The notes below the pieces were generated by a model that had not been told where the DNA came from, did no database searches, and saw nothing but the letters and a program-made list of their open reading frames with translations. DNA of 60,911 bases, counting the filler. It is 9 parts of 9 records of this genome, joined end to end, with 100 filler letters (N's around TTAATTAATTAA, not from the genome) between each part and the next. Parts side by side here need not be neighbours in the genome. Positions count along the whole stretch, not along the records: positions 34,846 to 41,494 come from SRR31156797_59226; positions 41,595 to 49,832 come from SRR31156797_59245; 7 more parts are not named here. One strand, given 5' to 3'. Positions 38,900-48,053 of this stretch are shown piece by piece (the stretch's first letter is position 1; each line of letters begins with the position of its first letter). The position numbers and the translations under genes were made by a program.

Positions 38900-39071
38900 C
38901 CTTTTAAATGTTCCGTCCACCCCCTGGATCCCCACAAAAAGTAGTTTTATATCTTCAGTACAAGAAAAGTTTAATGGAATGGTATCTTTTTGTTTTTATG
39001 GCATTATTCTCCTTATCCCCTTTCCCTGTCACGCCTCCGTCAATGCCGCCCCAAGCCCTATGAGCAATTTC

Positions 39072-39087
39072 TGGCACGCGTCTTCCA
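39072..39087 (+). promoter_or_regulatory. Possible sigma54 promoter for the cheW operon
   Basis: TGGCAC-GCGTC-TTCCA; the -12 box deviates (TTCC instead of TTGC). Confidence 0.35.
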
Positions 39088-39175
39088 TAATCCTTATGAC
39101 CAAAGACCGTAGGTTTGGGTTCGGAACAAGTCTTTTGGTAATGATTCTTAGTCGGAATATGGAGAGAAAAAGGCA

Positions 39176-39688
39176 ATGACTGAATTATTGAAAACAATGG
39201 AATCGGCAGTAGAGGTTATGGCGGAAAGGGAGGGGAAATACCTCACATTCACCTTGGCCGAAGAGGCGTATGGAATCGGCATCCTGAAAATTAAGGAGAT
39301 CATCGGAATGATGCCCGTCACATCCGTGCCCCGGACACCGGAATTTGTGAAAGGCGTCATTAACCTGAGGGGGAAAGTGATCCCCGTGATGGACTTGAGG
39401 CTCAAGTTCGGAGTGGAAGCAATGGACTACACCGAGCGTACCTGCATCATCGTGGTGGAGGTTGAAGGGCAAACCGGCACCATTATGATCGGTATCGTAG
39501 TGGATGCCGTATCCGAAGTCATAAACATCAAGGCTGACGACATTGAGAGCACCCCCGCCTTCGGCGCAAAGCTGAACACGGAATATATCCTCGGTATGGC
39601 CAAGATGGAAGGGAGTGTTAAGATTTTACTCGACATCGACCGGGTATTGAACGTCCAAGAATTCGGCATGTTGGCGGACGCGGCCTAG
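39176..39688 (+). CDS. cheW: Chemotaxis coupling protein CheW
   Basis: KYLTFTL, GVINLRGKVIPVMDLR, GIVVDAVSEV. Confidence 0.95.
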   Translation: MTELLKTMESAVEVMAEREGKYLTFTLAEEAYGIGILKIKEIIGMMPVTSVPRTPEFVKGVINLRGKVIPVMDLRLKFGVEAMDYTERTCIIVVEVEGQTGTIMIGIVVDAVSEVINIKADDIESTPAFGAKLNTEYILGMAKMEGSVKILLDIDRVLNVQEFGMLADAA

Positions 39689-39734
39689 TCACATCATCAA
39701 ACCGGGAACAATCCATAAACCAAGGATATCAAAC

Positions 39735-39929
39735 ATGTTTAAACGGATGACCGTGGGAGGGAATATCGTTCTCGGATTTACTGCGCTTAACATACTGCTT
39801 GTTGCCGTTAAGACGTTTCAAAAAAACAGGGGAGGCAAATGTGCAGAGAGGAGAATTTCATTTTTTTTGAATTCCATACCCATCGGGAACCGGTTTTTGA
39901 AGCCATTGATAATTCGGAAAAATTCCTGA
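39735..39929 (+). pseudogene. Remnant of a chemoreceptor N-terminus
   Basis: AAGGA RBS then MFKRMTVGGNIVLGFTALNILLVAV, typical of an MCP leader and TM1; similarity ends and it runs out of frame into the next gene. Confidence 0.45.
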
Positions 39930-40252
39930 CCCAATACATCACTGAATCGGAAGCGGTGGGCGTCAAGGTGATACTGAGGGAATTATTGATGAACGCCATC
40001 ATTCACGGAAACGGATCCAACGGGGAATTGCTTGTAAAATGCATCGTTGAGCACTTGGGAGATAAAAATTTCAAGATTTCGGTGGAAGATGAGGGAGGGG
40101 GTTTTGACTATCCGAATGTGGCCAATGATGATCAGGATTTTCCATATCCTGAAAAGGGAAGGGGATACTTACTGATCAACAGGCTTTCCGATCGGATCCG
40201 GTTCAATGAGCAGGGGAATCGGGTTACCGTATATCTTAAAGCCAAGGCTTGA
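39839..40252 (+). CDS. RsbW-like ATP-binding protein (HATPase_c_2)
   Basis: RELLMNAIIHGN, VEDEGGGFD, GRGYLLI, GNRV; GGGGAGG RBS. Confidence 0.85.
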   Translation: MCREENFIFFEFHTHREPVFEAIDNSEKFLTQYITESEAVGVKVILRELLMNAIIHGNGSNGELLVKCIVEHLGDKNFKISVEDEGGGFDYPNVANDDQDFPYPEKGRGYLLINRLSDRIRFNEQGNRVTVYLKAKA

Positions 40253-40318
40253 GGGGAATCCAATTGTCCGGCACTTAGTGTTATTTATCAATAACCACAT
40301 AGAGAAAGGGGAACGGCC

Positions 40319-41494
40319 ATGTTGAAAAATTTCAAACTAAGCGGAAAACTCTGGGGTTTAACCGTTATACTTCTCTTGGCGGTTTTATTGGTCGCCGGTA
40401 ATTCCGTTTGGTCCATCAGGGATATCCTTTCCGCCAATAAGCATTATGCGGGCGCTGCTGATTCCAACATATTTATGCTCCAAAAAGAGGTGGACCACCT
40501 GAACTGGGTGAAGAAGGTAGAGGACCTGTTTCTGGAAAACCAGGTTGCGCTTGATGTGCAACTTGACCCCGCCGAATGCGGCTTGGGTAAATTCCTGGCA
40601 GGAGAGGAAGGGAAGAAACTGGCCCAAAGCGACCCCAAGCTTGCCGGTCTCCTGGAAGCGATCAAAGAACCTCACAACCGTGTCCACGAATCGGGTGCCC
40701 ACATAAGGGATGTATGGCAACAGATCCATCCGGGCTTGAACCTGACCCTTGCGGCCCGTCTTGATGACCACAGGCGTTGGGCCGCCAATGTCTCTAACGC
40801 GATTCTGGGGAATCGGGATATCAAAGTCCAGATGGATCCCGATAAATGCGGGTTCGGGAAATGGTTGGTAGGGGATGAATGTAAGAAACTGGGTGCCCAA
40901 TGGCCCGAGTTTAGCGCCATTATTCAAAAGGTGAAAGGCCATCACGATAAATTGCACAAATCAGCATCCGAGATCAACAGCGCGTCGACAGAAGCTGAAA
41001 AGAAAAGAATTTTTGCCCAGGTGACACTCCCGGAATTGGCTTCGGTTGCCGGCCTGTTCCAAGAAGCCAGGCAACTTGAAGAGGCCCGGAATGAGGCGCA
41101 AAAAAAAGCAAAGCATATTTTTGAGACACAGACACTTCCTGCCCTCACCATTACCCAGGGAAAAATGAAAGCCCTGGCGGATCAGTTGGAAGAAATGAAG
41201 AAATCATCCGAAGAAGAAATGGCCTCAACAGGACATAGATCGGAGATATCGTCCATAATTTTTACCGTGGCAGCCTTTATCTTGGGCATATTTTTAAGTT
41301 TCTTTCTTATCCGGTCCATCACCAAACCCATTAACCGGACCATCGCCGGCTTAAATGAGGGGGCTGAACAGGTTTCATCGGCCTCCGGTCAGGTATCGGC
41401 TGCCAGCCAGTCCCTGGCCGAAGGGTCATCCCAACAGGCCGCATCCCTTGAGGAGACATCGGCTTCATTGGAAGAGATGTCTTCCATGACCAAA
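40319..41494 (+). CDS. Methyl-accepting chemotaxis protein with two CZB domains, 3'-truncated
   Basis: TM1; DHLNW..CGLGKF..HNRVH; DHRRW..CGFGKW..HDKLH; TM2; SQSLAEGSSQQAASLEETSASLEEM. Confidence 0.88.
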
Positions 41495-41594
41495 NNNNNN
41501 NNNNNNNNNNNNNNNNNNNNNNNNNNNNNNNNNNNNNNTTAATTAATTAANNNNNNNNNNNNNNNNNNNNNNNNNNNNNNNNNNNNNNNNNNNN
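41495..41594. other. Artificial contig spacer
   Basis: N44-TTAATTAATTAA-N44. Confidence 0.99.
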
Positions 41595-42321
41595 CAAAGT
41601 CCGGGGGGGCGGCATGGATGGCAATATGGAGATCTTTTTGTTGGCTTTCACCACTCAATATGGATTGGCCTGCCGTCCTGCCCATGAGATGGGAAAGGCG
41701 CAAATGGGGGTTCGAGGATGCGGGGAGATGTAAAATTCCTTTTTCACCCTCTTCCAGGCGAAAGGAAATGTTCGGAAACGGCATGGCGGCCCTTAAGACC
41801 GTATCCACAATATGGTTCATTTCCGTGCGGGGGGTTTTTAGAAATTTCCGTCGCGCCGGTATGTTAAAAAACAGGTCCTTTATTTCTACAATGGTGCCTG
41901 GTGGGGCGCCCACCTCCTCTATGGCCAGCAGTTTTCCGCCGGAAATTCTGACCCGGTTTCCCAGAAGCGCCATTTGAGGGAGTGAGGTGATCTGCATGCG
42001 TGATATTGAAGATATGCTGGGGATGGCTTCCCCCCTGAATCCGAAAGATGTGACCTCCATAAGATCCGATGCCGTTCTGATTTTGCTCGTGGCGTGTCTT
42101 TCAAAAGAGAGGAGAAGATCATCCCTGCTCATACCGAGGCCGTTGTCCGTGACTTTGATGAGGCCTTTGCCGCCTCTTTCCGTTTTGACTGAGATTCTAT
42201 CGGCTTTTGCGTCGATGCTGTTATCAATTAATTCTCTGACAACGGAAGCAGGCCTTTCAATGACCTCGCCTGCCGCAATTTGGGTGGCAACCTTCTCCGG
42301 GAGAATTCTGATGGTGTTCAT
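41595..42321 (-). CDS. mutL: DNA mismatch repair protein MutL, 3'-truncated
   Basis: QIAAGEVIERPASVVREL, RHATSKI, SFGFRGEA, LFFNIPARRKFLK. Confidence 0.96.
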
Positions 42322-43187
42322 AAGTAGAGGAGTTTATCATCCACTTCGAAGTGAGGGCTGGTGGTAGCTGTTTTAAAGATCCTGGGGGGGAAAGACCGTT
42401 TCCCTTTTGCAATGAGAAGGTTTTTGGCACCCATGGGATCAAAGTGCAGGCAGGGGGTTGATTGAGGATGCTTTAAGAAATCAAAAACCAACCGGCGGGA
42501 GAGGTCCACCATTCCCGCAAGATACTCATGGAAAACGCGTCCCCGCGTGCCCCTGGTTTCAAAGAAAAGGTTGCGGGTTGTGTAAAGATAATCCGAAAAT
42601 TTGACGGTCTGGGTGAAAACACGTTTTTTGGTTTTAAGCCGGTTTCTTTTTTTTCCGCCGAGGAGCTTCAGAAGATCGTCACACACCTGGTGGTCCATAT
42701 TGAGGACGCCGTTTGCAATACTGGTATAACCGGTTCCGATCAGATAATCAGACCGTATTTCCCAGAACAAATGCCCCATTTTTCCTTTGCCCGGGTAGGC
42801 GCTGAAAAGATTTGGGATAAAATAATTATGGGCGATAACATCCGCCGCCAGATGTGAGAGAAACCCCAGGGCGTAAGACCTTTCCCGGTCGTCGCTTGCG
42901 TCGCTCAGGAATTTGAAGCCCCCTTCCCAGTTGTGGGGTGCGCCTGAACGCTTTTTTTTTCCTTTTCCGATAAAGAAATCGGCGGAAAGGGACCCGTAGA
43001 GATATTCAATGGGAAAGGCGGTGATGGTCCTGCCGATGGAAGGCAGTAGCTGATATGCGGCGTCAAGGGAGCCCAATGCAATGGCGGTGTGAACGCCGGG
43101 TCCCCACGCAAAGGCGCTTTCAGGGTGTAGAAATTGTACGACGAGATAACCAACAAAAAACACAACAAACTTCAGAAAAAGGGTCAT
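42318..43187 (-). CDS. Zinc-dependent phospholipase C family protein
   Basis: Signal ending AFA followed by WGPGVH; SHLAADVIAHN; GHLFWE; 4-bp overlap with mutL. Confidence 0.8.
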   Translation of the reverse strand: MTLFLKFVVFFVGYLVVQFLHPESAFAWGPGVHTAIALGSLDAAYQLLPSIGRTITAFPIEYLYGSLSADFFIGKGKKKRSGAPHNWEGGFKFLSDASDDRERSYALGFLSHLAADVIAHNYFIPNLFSAYPGKGKMGHLFWEIRSDYLIGTGYTSIANGVLNMDHQVCDDLLKLLGGKKRNRLKTKKRVFTQTVKFSDYLYTTRNLFFETRGTRGRVFHEYLAGMVDLSRRLVFDFLKHPQSTPCLHFDPMGAKNLLIAKGKRSFPPRIFKTATTSPHFEVDDKLLYL

Positions 43188-43536
43188 AAATTCAAAAACC
43201 TCTTGTTATCCTTGCTCTTTAAGGTTTCCTTGCGAAAGAAAAGATTCAAGATTTACCCAATGGGCAGCATCGTAACACAATGCTTTTGGGGGCTCAATGG
43301 TTTACTGTTCATACGGATGATCAAAATATCCAGGATCGCTGTTAACACCCTAAAATAAGGCGGCCTTTTTTTCTGTCAAGGGTTTCATTTTTTTGCGTGT
43401 TCCTGACGGGTTTTCCTTTGCCTTGACACCTGACCACAGGTGGGTTACATGTCCACAGGTAAAAGATCCAGGTTCAGGAGCGAAACGAAAAAAATGGCAA
43501 GGTTCGTCAAAGTGTTTAAAAAGGCTATATATAAAA

Positions 43537-44070
43537 ATGATGCTTCATCCCGTATCCGTTAACTGCCCCGTGAAAGAAAGGATTGCCTGGGCCGAATCCT
43601 GTTTTCAAGGATCCGGGGATCTTTTTCTGAAGGATGAGAAAATTGCCGGCCTTCTCTCCCGGTTTAAGTCCGCTGTTAAAGCTTCCAGACAAGAGATGGA
43701 TAAGACCGGCGTGGTGGCTTTGTGCCGGGAATGCGATCAGGAAGAGGGCGGTTCCTGTTGTGGTAAGGGGCTCGAAAACAGGTATGATGCGTGGCTTCTT
43801 TTAATTAACAGGCTGCTTGGCGTGGACCTTCCCCGAGCACGTCAACAGGCGGACGGCTGCTTTTTCCTGGGTGAAAAGGGCTGCCTGTTGATGGCGCGGC
43901 ATGTGATCTGCATTAACTATATGTGCAAGAAAATAACAAATGATATCCAACCCTCCGCCCTAAACACCCTTCGGGAAATGGAGGGGGCGGAAATTAACTG
44001 CCTCTTTATGTTGAATGAACAGATTAAAGGCGTACATAGAAAATGGACAACCCAACAAAAAACAGCTTGA
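43537..44070 (+). CDS. Cysteine-cluster protein (YkgJ/CxxCxxCC-like)
   Basis: CREC-x7-CC and CFFLGEKGC-x8-CINYMC; ATG 43537 preferred over TTG 43393. Confidence 0.7.
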   Translation: MMLHPVSVNCPVKERIAWAESCFQGSGDLFLKDEKIAGLLSRFKSAVKASRQEMDKTGVVALCRECDQEEGGSCCGKGLENRYDAWLLLINRLLGVDLPRARQQADGCFFLGEKGCLLMARHVICINYMCKKITNDIQPSALNTLREMEGAEINCLFMLNEQIKGVHRKWTTQQKTA

Positions 44071-44654
44071 AAAAAACCGCGGAATTCTTTGATGCAAGGC
44101 AAGTGGGGGATGTGGGTCCTTTGGGATTCAGGCGGTCCACAAATTTGACCACCCTTCTGGCCTGCGCCAAGCGTTTAATTCCGGAGAACATCATAAAGCC
44201 GGGTCGGAGCACTTTTCTGGATCTGGGATGCGCTGATGGCAGGGTGAACCTTTTTTTCAGTTTCCTGATGCGCCTCTCCGTTGGTGTTGAACTGGACGAA
44301 TGGACATTGGATGAATATGATCCACTCAGAACAGAACTGGCGGAAACCCTGGCAGATGCCGGAATGGCGATCCCAAAGGAAAATGTTTACCTGTTTCAGG
44401 GGGATGCTACGGATGAAGCGGTTCATGATCAGATTATTCATGAAACAGGACTCAATCTGGCCGATTTCGATTTTTTTTACACCTACCTGATCATGCATGA
44501 GGAGTTTGCCCATATGCTGGCGGAAAAGGCTAAGAAAGGCGCCATTTACATGGTTTACGGGTTGCACAAGATCATGCCCCGTTATCCGGGGTTTAGGCTC
44601 CTAAAGGAGCTGAGCCCCATGGAAGGGGTTCTGGCCCTTTATGAGAAAGAATGA
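44043..44654 (+). CDS. Class I SAM-dependent methyltransferase-like protein
   Basis: FLDLGCADGR, VGVELD, FQGDAT. Confidence 0.75.
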   Translation: MDNPTKNSLKKTAEFFDARQVGDVGPLGFRRSTNLTTLLACAKRLIPENIIKPGRSTFLDLGCADGRVNLFFSFLMRLSVGVELDEWTLDEYDPLRTELAETLADAGMAIPKENVYLFQGDATDEAVHDQIIHETGLNLADFDFFYTYLIMHEEFAHMLAEKAKKGAIYMVYGLHKIMPRYPGFRLLKELSPMEGVLALYEKE

Positions 44655-45618
44655 GAAATTTCGAGATGAAGAGAGGCAACGCAAAATAATGGATATGACA
44701 TTTTTAGGAACCGGCGCTGCATGGGGAGTGCCGGAAATCAACTGCCACTGCGCCATCTGCCGCGAAATGAGAGCGCAACGGGAGCAACGGGATCGCACAT
44801 CGATTCTTTTGACGGAAAATGATGCCAATTTGCTCATGGACTGCGGACCCGATGCCAAATCACAGCTGTCGCGAAACAACGTGACAAAAATTGATGCGGT
44901 TCTGATCAGCCATGAACATAATGATCACTATATCGGGCTGGACGAACTTTTTGTATATAAAAGGGTGTTGCCGAAGGAAGATTTTTCCCCCATTCCGGTC
45001 TATTTGACCCATGAGACACGTGAAACGGTTGAGGCCAGATTCGCCTATCTGGAAAAACTGGGGGTGATCCGTTTTGTGGAGATTGAACCCGGGAAATGGT
45101 TCGAGCAGGGGCCATTTCGGATTTTCCCCTTCAAGACGGACCACGGAAATTTTGCCAGGGGATCGGTGGGGTTTGTGATTCAGGGTCGGGATCGTACCGG
45201 TGGGAAAATGAGGTTTCTGTACACCTCCGATTTTGCCGGGATTCCGCATATGTCATCAGAGTTGGTGGGGTGCGATTATTTGATTATGCAGTCTTTCTGG
45301 CTCAATGAGCCTGTTGACAACCGGCCGAGTCACATGAGTTTCCAGAACGCCATTGAATATATCAAACGGCTCAAGCCCCGAAAAGAAACCTTTCTGGTCC
45401 ACATGGGGGATGCGGACAGGGTTCCGGGGGATCCGGCGAACCATATGGCCAAGAAATACGAACCCAAAGATCCCTTGAAGCCGCCTCACGGGAAGCAGCC
45501 ATACCCTATTCCCGGAAGCCAGGCACAATGGCAGAAAACCGTGGATCAAATCCTTTCGGACCATCATGTGCCCCATGCCGTTACCGTGGCACATGATAAC
45601 ATGACGGTTCGGATTTGA
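44641..45618 (+). CDS. MBL-fold metallo-hydrolase, PhnP-like
   Basis: FLGTGAAWGVPEINCHCAIC, DCGPD, SHEHNDHYIG, YTSD; start may be 44689. Confidence 0.85.
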   Translation: MRKNEKFRDEERQRKIMDMTFLGTGAAWGVPEINCHCAICREMRAQREQRDRTSILLTENDANLLMDCGPDAKSQLSRNNVTKIDAVLISHEHNDHYIGLDELFVYKRVLPKEDFSPIPVYLTHETRETVEARFAYLEKLGVIRFVEIEPGKWFEQGPFRIFPFKTDHGNFARGSVGFVIQGRDRTGGKMRFLYTSDFAGIPHMSSELVGCDYLIMQSFWLNEPVDNRPSHMSFQNAIEYIKRLKPRKETFLVHMGDADRVPGDPANHMAKKYEPKDPLKPPHGKQPYPIPGSQAQWQKTVDQILSDHHVPHAVTVAHDNMTVRI

Positions 45619-45653
45619 TGTGATCAGCAGCATCCCGCTGCGGTTGACGGTTT

Positions 45654-46226
45654 CTAGCTTCTGAAAAAGGGGTTGAATTTTCGTTCCTGGCCGATGGTGC
45701 TGTGGGGACCATGACCGGGATAAACGCGCGATTCATCTCCCAGGGGAAAAATCTTTTCCACAACGCCTTGGATCAATTGCGGGTGGTTGCCACCGGGAAA
45801 GTCCGTCCGTCCGATGGAACCGGCGAACAGGGTGTCCCCGGTGAAAACGGCTCCCGGTCCATGGAAGCAGACGCCTCCCATGGAATGGCCCGGAGTGTGG
45901 ATTACCGAAAGGGTGAATTTCCCCAAAGGGATTTCCTGGCCTTCAAATAAATCTCCATCAGAGGGGAAGCCTAAGGCACCCGCGTCCCGGGGGTGTATCC
46001 ATACGGGGGCTTTGATAATATTTTTCAATTCCCCGGCACCCCCCACATGATCCACATGCCCGTGGGTGATGAGGATATACCGGATCTTAAGTCCTAACTT
46101 GGAGATCTCCGTTACGATGCGAACGGCTTCACCGCCAGGGTCGATGACCAGACCCTCTTTGGTCTGATCGCAACCCAGAATATAACAGTTGGCCTGGTAA
46201 GGGCCCACTGCGAGTTTTCTCAGCAT
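45654..46226 (-). CDS. MBL-fold hydrolase (glyoxalase II-like)
   Basis: THGHVDHVGG, TPGHS, FTGDTLFAGSIGRTD, YPGHG, NPF. Confidence 0.92.
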   Translation of the reverse strand: MLRKLAVGPYQANCYILGCDQTKEGLVIDPGGEAVRIVTEISKLGLKIRYILITHGHVDHVGGAGELKNIIKAPVWIHPRDAGALGFPSDGDLFEGQEIPLGKFTLSVIHTPGHSMGGVCFHGPGAVFTGDTLFAGSIGRTDFPGGNHPQLIQGVVEKIFPLGDESRVYPGHGPHSTIGQERKFNPFFRS

Positions 46227-46241
46227 TATGATTGCCTCGGT

Positions 46242-48005
46242 TTAGTCATTTTCCCGGCATACGCCGCAGCGAACACACTCTCCCACCCTGCAAATATCCG
46301 ATAACCTGCCCTCGAGTGCCAAATGGTATTCCGTTTTGAGATGCTTCTTTGTAATTCCGTGATCAATAAAATCCCACGGAAGCAGTTCATCCAGGTCTTT
46401 AGGGCGGTACACAAAAAAATCAGGGTTTATCTGGGAAAGCTGCATGGCTTTTTTCCAGTTGCCGTTCAGCTTGTGGGCGCTTTGTAGTATGGTGCCGACC
46501 CGTCTGTCCCCAAGTGAGAGCAACGCCTGAATATAGGCCCATTTGGGAACATCTGAATTGACCACAATGCCGCCGGATTTAACAAGTGTTTTTTTTAATC
46601 GCTGTTGCTTTTTTTTCAGCGATCCGATTTCTTCCATGGGAAACCACTGAAACGGGGTAAAGGGTTTGGGAATAAAACAATTGACACTCAGTTTAATGCG
46701 ACCAATTTTTCCCCTGGCCGCCGATTCCTTGACCATCCGGTGTTTGATCCTTTTGACCAGTTCGGAAATTCCATTTTCATCACGGGGGGTTTCGGTGGGA
46801 AGCCCCATGAGGAAATAAAGTCTTAAGGAAAAATCGCCGGTACCGGCGATCATGCGCACAGCGCCAAGAATCTGTTCCTCCGTCAAATGCTTATTGATAA
46901 TGTTCCGAAGTCGCTGGCTCCCGGCCTCCGGTGCAATGGTGATGGTCTTTTGACCGGATTCTTTCAGATGTTCCAGAAACCTTTTGTTCAGCTTTTCGGC
47001 CCTCAGAGATGAAACTGAAAACTTCCCGCCATTTTTGCAAATCGTTCCGATCAGTTCTTCTATTCCCGGTGCGTCCGATACGGCAGGGCTCACCAAGCCC
47101 ACCTGGGAACACCTTTCAAGGGCTTCGTTAACACCTTTATGAAGTTTGGATTCTTCGTAAACCCGCGGCGGTCGATAAACATAACCTGCCGCGCAGAAAC
47201 GGCATGCATGACCACAGCCCCTGCCCACTTCCATAAGGACCTTGCTGCCGAATTCCGTGTCCGGCGTGGTAATGCACGAAAGGGGCATTCCGGTTCCCGT
47301 AAATCCCCCTTTTGGAGAATAGACCGCCCGTACTTTCTCGGGCACATCCTTTGTGGAAGGGATAAAATGCTTAAGCGTTCCGTTTTTTTTGTATGCCACA
47401 TCATAGAGAGATGGTGCGTAAAGGCCCGGTACATTCATTGCCAGTTGCAGGAGCACATCGCGCCGTTTGAAAGATTGTCTTCCAAATTCCAGAAAGGCAT
47501 CCACGAATGGATCCAGGTTTTGTTCCGCCTCGCCCAGCAAGAAGAAATCCACAAAGGGTGCTAATGGCTCCGGGTTGAGAAATGAAGCAACGCCTCCCGC
47601 CATGATAAAAGGGTCTTTTTCCGTTCTTTCCTCTGAAAGGAGTGGAATCTTCCCCATTTCCAACATTTGTAGAACATTGGGGTAATCGTTTTCAAAGGAA
47701 ATGGAGAAGGCCGCCAGATCAAATTTCGAAAGCGGCGTCTGTGATTCCAGGGAAACAAGCGGCCCCCGGGACCGAAGATAGATGGCCATTTCCCGATCTT
47801 GGGGCAGGAAAAAGCGCTCAGCCACCACATCCGTTCTTTCGTTCAACATGCGGTAGACGATCTGAAGCCCCAGGTTTGACATGCCCAGTCGATATTGGTT
47901 GGGAAATGCCAGTGCAACAGAGAGCTTCCCCCCCCAATCTTTTCGAATGGCGCCCTTTTCTTTTGCCCATATGGCACGGTAAAGGGCTGTGATGTCGTCA
48001 GGCAC
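46242..48005 (-). CDS. Radical SAM protein (TIGR03960-like)
   Basis: YRLGMSNLG, EVGRGCGHACRFC (CxxxCxxC), TIAPEAGSQRLR, FIPKPFTPFQW, C-terminal C-x4-C-x2-C-x2-C. Confidence 0.88.
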   Translation of the reverse strand: MPDDITALYRAIWAKEKGAIRKDWGGKLSVALAFPNQYRLGMSNLGLQIVYRMLNERTDVVAERFFLPQDREMAIYLRSRGPLVSLESQTPLSKFDLAAFSISFENDYPNVLQMLEMGKIPLLSEERTEKDPFIMAGGVASFLNPEPLAPFVDFFLLGEAEQNLDPFVDAFLEFGRQSFKRRDVLLQLAMNVPGLYAPSLYDVAYKKNGTLKHFIPSTKDVPEKVRAVYSPKGGFTGTGMPLSCITTPDTEFGSKVLMEVGRGCGHACRFCAAGYVYRPPRVYEESKLHKGVNEALERCSQVGLVSPAVSDAPGIEELIGTICKNGGKFSVSSLRAEKLNKRFLEHLKESGQKTITIAPEAGSQRLRNIINKHLTEEQILGAVRMIAGTGDFSLRLYFLMGLPTETPRDENGISELVKRIKHRMVKESAARGKIGRIKLSVNCFIPKPFTPFQWFPMEEIGSLKKKQQRLKKTLVKSGGIVVNSDVPKWAYIQALLSLGDRRVGTILQSAHKLNGNWKKAMQLSQINPDFFVYRPKDLDELLPWDFIDHGITKKHLKTEYHLALEGRLSDICRVGECVRCGVCREND

Positions 48006-48053
48006 GGTTTATAAACCTATTTCAATACCGGTTTATTCATTCGGATCAGCGTC

